NCBI GenBank assembly: GCA_003971905.1
Contig: RSEE01000035.1
Span: 558,001 to 622,000, forward strand
From: Moniliella sp. 'wahieum'
Lineage: Eukaryota
DNA length: 64,000 bases
Reading direction: 5' to 3'
In this document: positions 30,275-42,155 of the stretch, piece by piece
Layout of the letters: every line of letters starts with the position of its first letter
Numbering within the stretch: the first letter of the stretch is position 1
Position numbers and translations under genes: made by a program
The notes under the pieces: model-generated
Seen by the model: only the letters and a program-made list of their open reading frames with translations
Databases searched by the model: none
Told to the model about the DNA's origin: nothing

Positions 30275-31896
30275 TCAACTGATCACGCTCCTCTCCTTCC
30301 CCGCTGGCCCTCCCAAATTCGCTGTGCTGGGCCACACCGATACCGCCTTCTCCTCCACGCATTCCCTATGACACATTACCCCTTTTCACGTATACCCCCC
30401 CTTCCCGTCTCTATTCCCCATGTTTCACCACGCATGACCTGCACGTTGCGCCTGCTTCGGCCCTACCTCTCTGACGCCATATCCTTCTTCCCTCTTCCTG
30501 CGTCCTGCCCCCCCCCGTCCAGCTGCGCGAACCTCGCTTCATCCCATTTTGTACTTCGTTATGATGCGCTCTGCTTGCTCGGCCGGCACTGATGGTGCTG
30601 AGCCGTGGGGCCGGCAGTTTGAATTCCCCCCTCTCTCTTTCTCTTCTCTGTGGTCTTTGGTCTTTGGTCTTTTGGGTTTGGTAACGCGTCCCTCCCTAGC
30701 CTCTTGCCCTGCCTGAAGTTGTTGAGCGTGCTAGCGATGGGTGCCACTGGACAAGTGCCAACGCAAACGCAAACGCAAACGCATGGGCAAGCGCAAGGGC
30801 AGGGGGGAAAGGGACCAAGCAAAGATAAGATAAGATACGATAAGAACTGTCTTTCTGCTTCTCCTTGTTCGGCTTGGCCGACCCGCACTGGATGTGGGCA
30901 TGGTCCAGCGTTCCATTTGAGATAGACGTCGGGCGCTGGTGTGGTCGCTCAGCGCATGTCACATGTCGTACCGGTCGAGTGCATCGTAGTCTCCGCGGAT
31001 GGTTGCGCCTGTGCCCTCAGGTTGGTGCTCTTGCCCCCCACTGCCGTGACGACAGCTACGAAGGTCCAGCGTGACGGTACCCTCAAGCTGCGTGGGATGA
31101 TGTAGCCAATGGTTCATGCACATGTATCCCCCCTCTTTGGCGGTTGGCAGGCGTCACGCATCGTACACGTCGGGTCACATTGACTGTGCGGTCGCTCCTC
31201 CGACGCGATGAACCTCTGTTACTCAGTTGTGCTGATACCCCTGGCGAGCATTCTGTCAAATGAATGTCATCAAAACGTTATTAACACTGCAGTTGCATGT
31301 AGCCTGTCCATGCACCTCTCTTGGCATTCAATCAGCAACGCCCTGACCAACGGGCCACAATCACTTGGTCCCGAGCGACTAGATACCTAGCGAGGGATGT
31401 GGGCATAGTTGCATTGTGTGTCCCAGTTGGCAAAGAAGGATCGAAACGAAGTGCCGTGGGCCGGAGAGGGACGTGAAGACGAGGAAGAGCGTAATTGCAG
31501 CACAGCCACATTCCACTCTTTTACTCTTTTCCACCCTCGCATTCTCCTCTGCCACTTCGTATCACACCCACTCCCCCACGCCCGTTCATATAACCCGTCT
31601 TAGGGGTATACCGCGTGCTCTCCCGTTGGGACCACACCTACTCGATCCCTCGTCCGCACCACCGTCTCGGTCCGCGCTGGTGCACCCTACCCTACGTGGT
31701 CCGTGTTTCCCCCCTCGGGTTGGCCGAGCTCAAGAGCTCGGATCAAGCCCCCAGCCCCGCTGGTCCAAGGCGTATGAACTCCCCCCCCCCCCTTTCCTCC
31801 AACGATGGGATGTGGCGTGCCGAGAGCGGGTATAGTATCATTGCGTTTTGCACGGTTTGCAGCCCCCCAGTGGGGCAGCGACCAAGCGGACTAGGT

Positions 31897-32778
31897 CTAG
31901 CCTTCCTCCCCGTCCCACGCATCCACCGTACGTTTCTGCTGGGCGGCCTGGACGCGCATCCGCTGCTGTTCGCCCCAGAGGAGTTGCAGTAGCTGGTCCA
32001 CCTCCTGCTGCAGGCTTGCTAGCAAGGGTTAAGGCAAGGCGGGCAGGTCAGCGCGGCACACAAGGCAACAAGGCAACAAGGCAACAAGGCAACAAGGCAA
32101 GGCAACAAGGCAACAAGGCAACAAGGCAACAAGGCAACAAGGCAACAAGGCAACAAGGCGCCCCTAACCGGACCCAAGAACCAAAAACCAAAAACCAAAA
32201 ACCAAAAACCAGGAGAGGACGTACTCGCTTCTCGTACCGCCTCGGCATACTCTTCGTTGGCCTTGCGCATCTCGGACTGCAAGTGGGCCAAGCGCTGGGC
32301 TTGGCCGTGGGTCTGCACATCGTACGCCGGTACATGCTCAATCAACCTCCGTACCGTCGTCGCTTGCCTTACCAAGTCCGCTACCAACTCCTCAATGCTC
32401 GTCGCCATCGTCGCTTCGTCCACCAAGATTGTCGCGGCCGTCGCGCCGAGCATGCTCAGCGGCGCATCGCTCCGCGTCGCCACATGCGGTGCTTTGCGCG
32501 TCAAATACGCCACTGTCGACCCCACAATTTGTAACAGCAAATCTAACGCTGCCTCGAGCTGCGTGAGCGGATCGGAACCCGCTTCCCCTGGCCCCGCCGA
32601 CGCGGCTGGCGCAGGGGGCGTGGCAGCCGGGACCGAAGCAGGCGCCGAAGCAGGCGCAGACGCAGACGCAGACGCAGGCGTAGGCGTCGGGGCTGGTACA
32701 GGCGCGCGGCGGATGTGGAGTTGGGGAGGGGGACGGCAGCGCGTGGGGCGTGCCAGCTGCCGACGCCGACATGGCCAT
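31897..32778 (-). CDS. MED21: Mediator subunit Med21/Srb7; intron 32019-32224
   Basis: DPLTQLEAALD, ELVADLVRQA, LIEHVP and QRLAHLQSEMRKANEEY. Splice restores AVREATSLQQEVDQ. N-terminal extension needs one frameshift. Confidence 0.8.
32061..32210. repeat. Intronic minisatellites (CAAGGCAA)n and (CCAAAAA)n
   Basis: About 12 near-perfect 8-mer units at 32061-32159 and about 4 heptamer units at 32181-32210. Confidence 0.9.
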
Positions 32779-33288
32779 GGCCTCCGAGCTCGTCCGCCTC
32801 GTGCGCTCGCTCGTGTGTTGTCCGGTCGGGACGCCGCCGACGGCGGTTACGTCAGCGCCGCGTCTCCCCGCCGGATGGGATGGGATGGGGTGGTGTGGCG
32901 GACGGGTGATGGGTGGTGGGTGATGCTGCAGGCGTGCTGGTTTGAAGCGTTGGCTGTTTCAGCGGTAGTACGTTAGGCGTTAGCTTGAATGGGGCGTACG
33001 TGCGCGCTGCTCTGCTCACGCGCTCACGCTGCGCCACTTGGCCGCGTGGCGGTAAAAGCGCAACCGAGCGCACCGAACCAACCACACTTTCACGTCCCCG
33101 CCGCGTCTGGTGCGCTCAGCAGCAGCTGGTTCGGTTGCTGCTTAGATTCAGACCTTCCTCAGCGTTCCTGGTCGCTGGGCCTCTCCTGCCGCTTCCACGT
33201 GGTACGTTGCCCAGTCGCCCCCACGCTTGCCCGTATAAAGGCCCCCTCGGCACCCCTCCCGTGCCGCCCCCCACATCACCCGCCCAGC

Positions 33289-34965
33289 ATGCCCGCCGTC
33301 CCCCCCGTCACCGACGCCAGCAAGGCTGCCCTTGCCGATCCGGTCCCGGCCATCTCCCAAATCACCCCCTTCACCCCTGCCATCAACCAGCCCGCCCTGG
33401 TCAGCGACTTGCGCGCCCGCCTCGCCGCTGCCCACGCTCGCTTTGCCCGCCCCTCTGCCTCGCCCGGCCAGGCGGATGGTGTCCATACGCCCTGGTCCCC
33501 CCTGCCGGCCGACACGGATGCCGGCCAGCAAACGTTCACGCCCGACGTCATGGCCCGTCTCTTGGACCAGTGGCAGCACCTCGATCTGGATGCGTTCCAA
33601 GCGCGCCTCACCACTTTGACCACTTTGTCGCCACCATTGACTGGTGCCGTCTCCACTTTATCCACAAACCTTCCTCTCGCCCCGACGCCATCCCCCTGCT
33701 TCTCCTTCACGGATGGCCCGGCAGCGTATGGGAATTTGCCGACGTGATTGACGAGTTGGCTGAGCCCGGTGCGTGGTATCTCCCTCTCCTCTCCCTTTTT
33801 GTTGGCTTGCGGGCTGCTTTGGATGGCCGCTGGGCCAGAGCTGACTCGCGTTCGCTTGGCCGCTCGCAGCGTCCGAGGAGGACCAAGCGTTCCATGTGGT
33901 GGTCCCCTCGCTGCCAGGCTTCTTGTGGAGCTCGCCGCCGCCCTCGACGGCGCACTACATTGGGGACGTGTACGGCTACTGCCGCATTCTGAACGCGTTG
34001 ATGCTTGGGCTGGGGTACGGGCCAGGTCAGGCCAAGTGGTCCGGGTATGCAGTGCAAGGCGGAGACTGGGGATCGGTGCATGCGCGCGTCGTCGCCTCCA
34101 TCCCCGGATCGGCCGTGCGCGCCGTGCACCTCAACTTTTGTCCCACCACGCGCCCGGGCTGGACAGGCGCACTGTCGAAGCTCGTGTTCGACAACCTGTC
34201 CCCAGCCTGGCGCCTGGCCTTGGCCAAGCGCAGTGGCTCCCCGCCTTGCTCAAGTTGGTCCAACAGGTACGTTCAGGTGGCCCTTTGCGTTGCGCGCCTC
34301 GCTGGAGGAGTGCCGTGGGCGCCAGCTAACTATCTATTCTCCTCGCGTCCGCTTGGCTAGGCGACGGCATATGACGTCGAAGGAGTGTACTACCGAATGC
34401 AGGGCTACCGCCCGGCTCAGTTGATGTACGGCATGCTCGATTCGCCAGCCGGGTTGCTGGGGTACATTGGTCCGCTCATGACCCACTGGGTCACTGCCGA
34501 CCCTCTGAGCACGAGTGGGGAGAGCAAGGAGGGCCTGTCCATGGACAAGGTCTTGGAGTTGATCACGCTGTACTGGATGAGCGGGTGCATAGCCACTTCA
34601 TTTTTGCCGTATGCGGTCAACTACCCGTTCCCGCACTACCTCGTCCAACCTGACTTGTACATCCACCAGCCCTTTGGCTACTCGCAGTTCCCGACGAACT
34701 CATCTCGCCCCCGATCGGCTGGATTGGCCAAACGGGTCGCCTCACCTGGGCCGTCAAGGCCGACAAGGCCGGCCACTTTCCCCACATCGAGGCACCGGCC
34801 CTCTTCCTCGCTCACTTGCGCCAGGCCTTCTCTCCCTCCGGCACGGCCGTCGACACGAGCGCGGCGGGCGAACCGCTGGTGCCGCCCAAGGGCGGACTAT
34901 GGGACGAGGAGCGGCCAAAGCCACTGCGTAGGTACGAAATCCAAGTGAGAGTTGTAAGTGAGTAG
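33289..34965 (+). CDS. Microsomal-type epoxide hydrolase (alpha/beta hydrolase); introns about 33769-33870 and 34267-34360; frameshifts
   Basis: LHFIH, PLLLLHGWPGS, VVPSLPGF, nucleophile motif QGGDWG, DSPAGLL and catalytic His in GHFPHIE. TATAAAG at 33234. Confidence 0.9.
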
Positions 34966-35361
34966 TAGTGAGACTTGACTTTCCGTCCCCCCGCCCTCCT
35001 CCTTCTCCTTTGGCTGCCCAACTGAGCCAAAACAGACCACGAGGGCAATTGCCTGGCCCGGTCACTAGCACTAGCCACTTTTCCCCTCTGTCCATGCCTC
35101 CCCCCTTACCTCCTGTCCCACTAATGTACACGCGGTTGGCTTGGTTTGGCTTCCCTTTCGTTAGTCGTAGGGACCTGAGTACCTGAGTGTAGACCGCCAG
35201 CCAGGGCCTTCGTTCCTCGTTTCCCGTGCCTATCTTAACCCTACGTGGCGTGTGCGCCCACACGCAGTCCAACCATGGGGGAGGGGATGAACTGTATGCG
35301 TGGGCTGCGGGCGCGGGAGAGTGAGCGACCAACCATCTAAGCACCCAGGATTACTGACTTG

Positions 35362-35758
35362 TTACTTGTTGAGTTCGGCTGCGCGCTTAGCAATTTCCTC
35401 CTTGCTCAGCGGCTGCTCCAACTTGGACGCCTGCTCCGTGTTGAGGATGGACGCGCCGGGGGCGGCGCGGTGCGCCGCCTGCGCTTCCGTCTCAAACCCC
35501 GTCTTGTTCAGCGCCGGGTCCGTGGTGGGGTCGTTGGCTGCACACACAAACGACGCAGAGGGAGAGCGGTTAGCACAGACCACGAGGGGCGCGCGCGGGC
35601 GAGAGGGGAGGGGGGAGGACGTACTGGTCGCCGGGTGGGGTCTGTGCGGGAAAGAGGTGAAGCGGTAAGGTAGGGCAAGTTAGGTTACGCATGGACTGGG
35701 CGGCGGGCCGCGGGGAAAGAGACACGTACTGGATGGTGATCTTTTGCTCGTCGGACAT
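35362..35758 (-). CDS. 73-aa small protein of unknown function (exons 35758-35730, 35641-35625, 35537-35362)
   Basis: Two canonical GTACGT...CAG introns give an exact 222-nt ORF: MSDEQKITIQPHPATTNDP...LEQPLSKEEIAKRAAELNK. Confidence 0.85.
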
Positions 35759-36759
35759 GGCGGAGGATCTGAGGGGTGGTGGTGGGGCTGGGGCAAGCAA
35801 GCGTATACCCTGCCCCTATATCAAGCTACGCTGCCAGGCCAAACTGCGGTGCGTGGCTGCAGCCAACGCACTGCATGGCCCGTGCGCCCCCCGCTGGGCG
35901 AGGCTGTGCGCCGTGCGGATCGGATTACGTCACGCGTCACGCGTCACCCTCCAGCGCCGTCGGGGCATCGCACTGGGCTGCGATGGCCGATGGCGCGGCC
36001 ATGCGTCGATCACACATTCGTCATTCGCCCGCTCTGAAATGTGAAATGGGAATGCAGCCCGGCGCTTTGCTTACATCATCAGCCGCCGCATCCGTCAGCC
36101 GCACGCAAGCCCAACCATGGCCTTCTACAAGCTGAAACGACCGTGAGGCGTAAGGCGTCGTGTAACAGAATACACCGCAACCGATGTTAAGACTACCCCG
36201 GCTCCGTTGTCAGTCTAACCTGCTTGCATGCCAGAATTTTGCTCGTCTCCTGGTTGGGTGTAGCACGGTTACAAGTGCCGAGAGAGTTGAAGCGCTGAGG
36301 TTGGGGCCGGGGTTGAACGTTGATGATGAGAGAAACATGGACCAGTGAGCCGGGTATGATGGTCAAAAGATGAAAGGAGGGAAATCGTCACCTGATCTTA
36401 GTTGCGGGGTGTACAGAACCGCACAATACATAGCGGCGATGAGGAGGTGGGAATAGGAAGTGGGAATCGATGCCGGCGGAGGCCAGTATGCAAGTTGAAA
36501 ACAGCGCTGCGCGGACTGTGGTTTTCGAGAAGCACTGCAAGCACAACTGCAACATGCAAACAAACCGAACGGGTCGTGCGAAAAAGGGGAAAGGAAGAGG
36601 GAAGGGGGAGATTAAGGAAGAACAAAAGAAAAGTGGAGAGGCAAAGGGGATCAAGTAGAACTTGGAACAGCAGGGCTAAAACAAGAACAGCCGAAGTTCC
36701 TCCAGCTCTCACTGGAGGGGACTGTGCCCAATGGATCAAGTGGTGGCCTCGAGTGCGTT

Positions 36760-37920
36760 CCTCTGCGGTGCACGCTCTAGTAATGGAGATCTCTGAGGCG
36801 CCTTTTGGGAGATGATCGCGATGTTGATCTGCCCATAGGCCAGCGTGGTAAACATCTTGCCTGCCACGCGGACCATGTGTCGCATGTGTCGCTTCCTTTC
36901 CCAATCAGTCAGCGAGACAAGAGCCATGTCCCGGATAAGCAACACTGTATTACTATTCCAACTGGGTTCAGTTCTCTTTGAGTTTGGGCAAGTGACAGTT
37001 GGAAGCACTGATGGCATCATGCATCTTGGAGCTGTGGCAATCAATCCGCCGATACGCCGTACCGGTGCAACACACTGAAGATACCTCTGCTTAAAAGTCG
37101 GCTGCCATCATCTTGCGATTGGAATGCACGTTCACGACAATGTCGGTCGTCCTTGATCGTCACACCGTGGGAAAGCGTTTACCCTCCTTGGCTAGGCCAC
37201 TGGGCGCAGGTGCGGATCAGAGAAGGCACAGGGTCGTGTGTAGGCGTCTGCACCACGTTGGCCAAAGGATTTCTAGGCTGGTCCACGTACCCATCCACTC
37301 CATCATCTCATCCCGGTGGGCCAATGGAAGTCCCTTCTGCCCATGGATTCATGACGTGCTTGATCCGGATCGGAATCGCTTTACGGATCGCCTGCGCCAT
37401 AGTGAAGGGATGAATGATCTCCGAGCCGTAAGGAGTCAGCTCAGCCGCCTCTGGAGAGATATAGCGGGAATGACATGGGCAGCGGGCACCTTGGGGGATC
37501 GGCAGTAAACCCCCATCCACTTCTTTCCAAATCTGCAGCTCCTCTATCGCCAACTCCCACCGCACATACGCTAGACGTCGCACAGAGATCAGTGTAGCCC
37601 TACCCGGCTTGGTCCAGGATCGACGCACAGGGACCGCACCGAAGTATCCGGTGACGACCGGAACGCGGTCGAGTGGCACAGCGTGCAGAACATTGCCAGC
37701 CGGTGACCAGGTGGGAGTAGAAGCAGTGGTCCAGGAGGGGGCGTCAGCGCTAACCCAGGCCTGCTCCAGAAGAGTCGCATTAGCCACACATTCGCCAACG
37801 TGACGAGCGTGCTGGGAAAAGTTTGCTCCTCTAGCGCCCTTGCCACGATTCGACACGACATGCGTTCGTCCAGACTCAAGATTGAGTCCTTCATGGCGCG
37901 TGGAGACATGTCATCGAGAT
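36760..37920 (-). pseudogene. HOM3: Decayed aspartate kinase (HOM3-like) pseudogene lacking the N-terminus
   Basis: Collinear remnants SLDERMSC, VPVVTGYFGAVP, G*GYTDLCA (stop at 37600-37602), ELQIWKEVDG, AAELTPYGSEIIHPFTMAQAIRKAIPIRIK and ACT-domain FTTLAYGQINIAIISQ, with stops and deletions. Confidence 0.85.
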
Positions 37921-38335
37921 GAGCTGATGAAGATGTTAGCTATTAGTATTGTCGAAGGGTGTAGAGGGAAGGGTGGCGTACCCGAGCTGCAAGGAGGAAC
38001 TCGCGTAGACGTGCAGGTGACACCCAGTGTGAACCACCACCGTTTGCCACTTGGGTAGTCGATCCTCTCAGATCTCACCCCACCCGGCCAATCCGCTTAC
38101 CTGCTCTTGCGCCAGGGTCGTACAGGACATTCTTCTCGCTTTTCCCTGCGGATGGATCTCATGCCTCACTATTTCCCAGAATCTTATCGTAGGACTGTGA
38201 CGGTGTCTCTGCAAGCCATGAACGACACCTCTTCCCACACTCCCAGCACCTGGGTAGCAAAGCCAAGCATATCCCGCGAGCGCGTGCAATATGAAGTACA
38301 TATGAACGCGGGGGGACGGGAGGAGACCGAATCCA

Positions 38336-39362
38336 TCAGGCCTTCTGGTAGCGCCACTTGGGCAAGGGTTTGGGCACCTCGGGGATCTCGGTATAGCGGC
38401 CAGTGCGACGGGCATAGATACCCTTGGCCAGACGGATGACCGAGTGCTTTTTAGGGCCACGCTTGCTCATCATACGAGGCGACACCAGCCGGCCCGCCGA
38501 GCCCTGCTCCTCCTGGCCGGCAAAGAAGGGTTTGCCCTTCTTGGGCCGCATCACCGTCGCCCCCGTATGCTCATGGTCCTGCACATGGTACGGAGCGCCC
38601 TCGCCCATCTCCTTGAACTTGTTATCGTCGGGGCGCTGCATACCAAACGCAGCCTCCTCGGCCCGACGCCAGAGGAGGTACTTGTTGGCCAGGTCGGCCA
38701 GGCGCTGCCGGCCTTCGAGGCCGGTATAGTGCGTCACTTTGCGCAGGTTGGCCCTCGTGATCTCCTGGAAGCGTTTGATGCCGTCGAGGGTAAAGTCCTC
38801 AGCGGTGAACTGCTTGCCGGTCGCATACGCCTCCAGCGCCGGCTTGGCAAACGTGCCGGTGCGCAACGACTCGTGCACCACCGCACGCGCCGCCATCTCC
38901 AACTTGAGGTCACGCGGGTTGTCCACCAGCTCCAGAATCGCACGGTCGGCACAGTCACCTTTCCTCAGGCCAAACTTGTGGATGCGCGTGTACCCGCACC
39001 GCCGCACCTCATACCGCGGCATAATCGACTTGGTGCGCTGAACCATCGATTTGTCATTCTGCCCAGCGCCGACCCACCAACCAGAAGCATGTCAACAGGC
39101 CGCCGCACACGCACACCAGCACAGCATCCTACACAGCAAGAGAGAAGAGGAAAAAAACGCACGCCAAAGTAGCCCCAGATCTTGGACCAGTCTTGCGGGG
39201 TGTTGTGCTTGGCTTTGGTGATCAGCCGTTCGGCAATCTGTCCGGCCAGCTCGGCGCGCTTGTGGGTGGTGATATGCGGTCGTGGGTGAAGAGGAACTTG
39301 ACCAGCTGGTGCATGATGCGCCGGTGGTTTTTGATGCTCCCTACGCGGCGATAGAGAACCAT
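38336..39362 (-). CDS. MRPL8: Mitochondrial ribosomal protein bL17m; intron 39059-39162
   Basis: HDRI-TTHKRA, AERLITKAK and RYEVRRCGYTRIHKFGLRKGDCADRAILELVDNPRDL. Confidence 0.85.
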
Positions 39363-40359
39363 GGTGGGCAAGCAGCCGGCGTCGGCGACGGCGTCGGCAG
39401 GGGAGGGGGAAGGGGGGAAGAGAGGCGGAGGTGGGAACGGTCAAGCCGGCTCGCTCCGCAACTCATCTTCTCGCCAGCGGGAACGGCGGCGGAACGCACC
39501 CGCTCCCGACCGGGCCCGGGCGGAATTAGAATTTTCCAGCGCCTCCTGTTTGGGCCGCGGAGGGGAGGCGGGGTAAATTGCGCTCCGTCGACGGTGCCTC
39601 TGATGGACGGTCGTCTTTGTTGGCGGTCATGCCATGCTTGGCTCTCCCGATGGCTTGAGAAGGCACGAGCTGTAGCGGCTCTGACCCCACCCTGCCCATC
39701 CACATCCGCTTCACTGGGTCCCACTCCACCATCTTGCTTACAGATCATTGGCGTCATCCACTCGTCTGCACCTGTGGTGGGAGCCCATCGATCCACCGGG
39801 TCCCGTCATGTAGGCTGTGTATACATTCTGGCAGGGCCAGCTTTAGACAGGCATGATGCCAACCACCCATCTGGGCAAGAAAGATTCTTCAGCCTATGTG
39901 TTCCACATGGCGGGCCTGGGTCGCTTGCTTGCTTCTGTTTCTCCCGTCTGCGGAAGGATGAGAGAGTGAAGATATCTCAGATGTGACCGTTGAGAGCAAG
40001 GCCATATCTACCTGCTCTTTGGTTGCATACTTCCACTATTCTATGGATGCCACAACCAGCCATCTCAGAAGCAACTCTTAAAATCCCTTTCGCACTGTTC
40101 CCACGGCTATTAGTTGCCTCCCCTCTCGCTAACACCAGACAGTCTGCTGGACATATGGTCCTGGCTACTGCACAGTTCTCCTCTCTCAAAGTCAATGGTT
40201 AGTCCAGGTGCATTTCTGACGCTTTTTGCGCCTCTGGTCCCAAAATGCGGTACGCGCCATACAAATATCGGGCGCCATGACGATGGTTCCTCTTCAACAA
40301 CGACGTCATTGCAGACGCTCGAGTCTGCAGGTTCGTCAGAGGTCCAACAGGAGAGGCGG

Positions 40360-40373
40360 TAACCCTAACCCTA
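40360..40373. promoter_or_regulatory. Telomere-repeat-like element (TAACCC)2 in the RPS3 promoter
   Basis: TAACCCTAACCCTA at 40360-40373, plus AACCCTAAC at 40509-40517, within 240 nt of the RPS3 ATG. Confidence 0.45.
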
Positions 40374-40591
40374 CTTGCTTTCCGACAACGCCCCCCAGAC
40401 AGGCATTTTACTGAGAGGGTGAAAATGAAATTTGGCCGGCACCTCATCGCTCATCCTTTTGTTCCCACTAAAATGCTGCGGCAAGTTCAACAGTGCAGAT
40501 GTGCGCCGAACCCTAACACCCCCTTGGACACCCGCTCTGCATCGCGTTTGCGTTGCTCGCCCGCCCCGCCTGCTTCCTCCACCACCAAACC

Positions 40592-41402
40592 ATGCCCAAC
40601 GTTGTCGGATCCAAGGCGCGCAAGGTATGTGTCCTCCCTGCGCTCGTCATCGCCATGTCCTGACTCTTCCTCTTTCCCTCTCTCAGTTTGTCGCAGACGG
40701 TGTTTTCGCCGCTGAGCTCAACGAGTTCTTCACCCGCGAGCTCTCGGAGGAGGGCTACTCGGGCTGCGAGATCCGCGTGACCCAGGCCACGACGGAGATC
40801 ATCATCCGCGCCACCCACACCCAGCTTGTGCTTGGTGAGCGTGGTCGCCGCATTCGCGAGCTCACGGCGCTCGTCCAGAAGCGCTTCCGCTTCCCCGACA
40901 ACTCGCTCGAGCTGTACGCGGAGAAGATTGAGAACCGTGGTCTGCACGCGACGGCGCAGTGCGAGTCGCTGCGCTTCAAGCTGCTCGGTGGTCTCGCCGT
41001 GCGCCGTGCTGCGTACGGTGTGCTGCGCTACGTCATGGAGTCGGGCGCCAAGGGCTGCGAGGTGATTGTCTCGGGCAAGCTGCGCGCCGCCCGTGCCAAG
41101 GCGATGAAGTTCACTGACGGCTTCATGATCCACACGGGCCAGCCGCACAAGGACTACGTTGACATTGCTGTCCGCCACGTGCTGATGAAGCAGGGTGTGC
41201 TCGGTATTAAGGTCAAGATCATGCACGCTTGGGACCCCACTGGCCGTGCTGGCAAGCCTTTCCCTCTGCCCGACGCTGTCACCATCCTCGAGCCCAAGGC
41301 CGAGCGTGAGGTCACCCAGCCCACCTCGGAGTCCTTCCTCACCCCCCCCCCGCGGCCATTGCCCCCGAGGCCCCGGTCGAGGCGGCCCCCGTTGAGGCGT
41401 AA
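40592..41402 (+). CDS. RPS3: 40S ribosomal protein S3 (uS3); intron 40625-40686
   Basis: [31 protein letters not shown] and [19 protein letters not shown]. Poly-C indel near 41342-41351; probable stop TAA 41400-41402. Confidence 0.97.
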
Positions 41403-42155
41403 GCTAGCTCAGCTCGTTTCTGAAAAGTTCGTTGCGAACATGCCGGCATGGTTTGTCATGCCAATGCACTTGTTTCTTTGGCCTGCCCAAGCCCATTCTT
41501 TCGTTCCGTTCTTCTGAGTTTGGCATAGTACCCATATATCGGCAGTTGAGAAGAGGACCAACTGGGCTGCGACATTTCCCATCGATGCATCACTAGTTAC
41601 TGTGCAGTACTGACAAAGGCACTTAGTTGCTCTCGGCGCCGTCCCAAGGCTCGTCAAAGCGTACAAGGAAGGCCCAGCCGAGGGTGTCACCTAAAGAAAT
41701 ATATCATCTCGACCTGGTGTAGCTTTGCCCCTCTTTTCCCTCCTCGATATGCCGTGCGCTTTCGATTGTGCTCCACTTGATCACCAACATCGGGTTTTCA
41801 GGATAATGTGGGGCGTGCTTCGATATGTCTGTTCATCGTCACATCCATCCAGCCTTGTACCTTTGAAAACCATTGCGACACTGATGATCACATTCGCCGA
41901 GATGTCGACGATTCAAAAGGTACTATAGAGAGGAAACGCAAAATACAACCGACGATAGGTTCGTCTGTTATGGGTCAGAGAGTCTGGCGTCTATCACACG
42001 AAAGAGCGATCGCATTTCGGATTGAAGAGCAGAGCAGAGCCAAGCCCAACGGGTATTTCCAAGGATACACGGAGGCTACTGAAGCCTCAAAAAACAAAAG
42101 GAACGATGAGCACAAGAGACAATACAGAAGGGAGAGAAGGGGGGAAGTGGGGGCT

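Noticed and set aside
32181..32210. Interstitial telomere repeat (TTTTTGG)n
   Set aside because: Only about four units inside an intron and not the TTAGGG repeat; treated as a microsatellite.
36323..36395. Possible C/D box snoRNA (ATGATGA...CTGA); similar pattern at 59279-59338
   Set aside because: No terminal stem or recognisable rRNA guide; such short boxes occur by chance.
39282..40450. Short ORFs between MRPL8 and RPS3, and those in 7100-8560, 19470-20700, 23800-26000, 44400-46300 and 59000-61100
   Set aside because: No recognisable domains, coding bias or consistent splice structure; some may be unrecognised relics.
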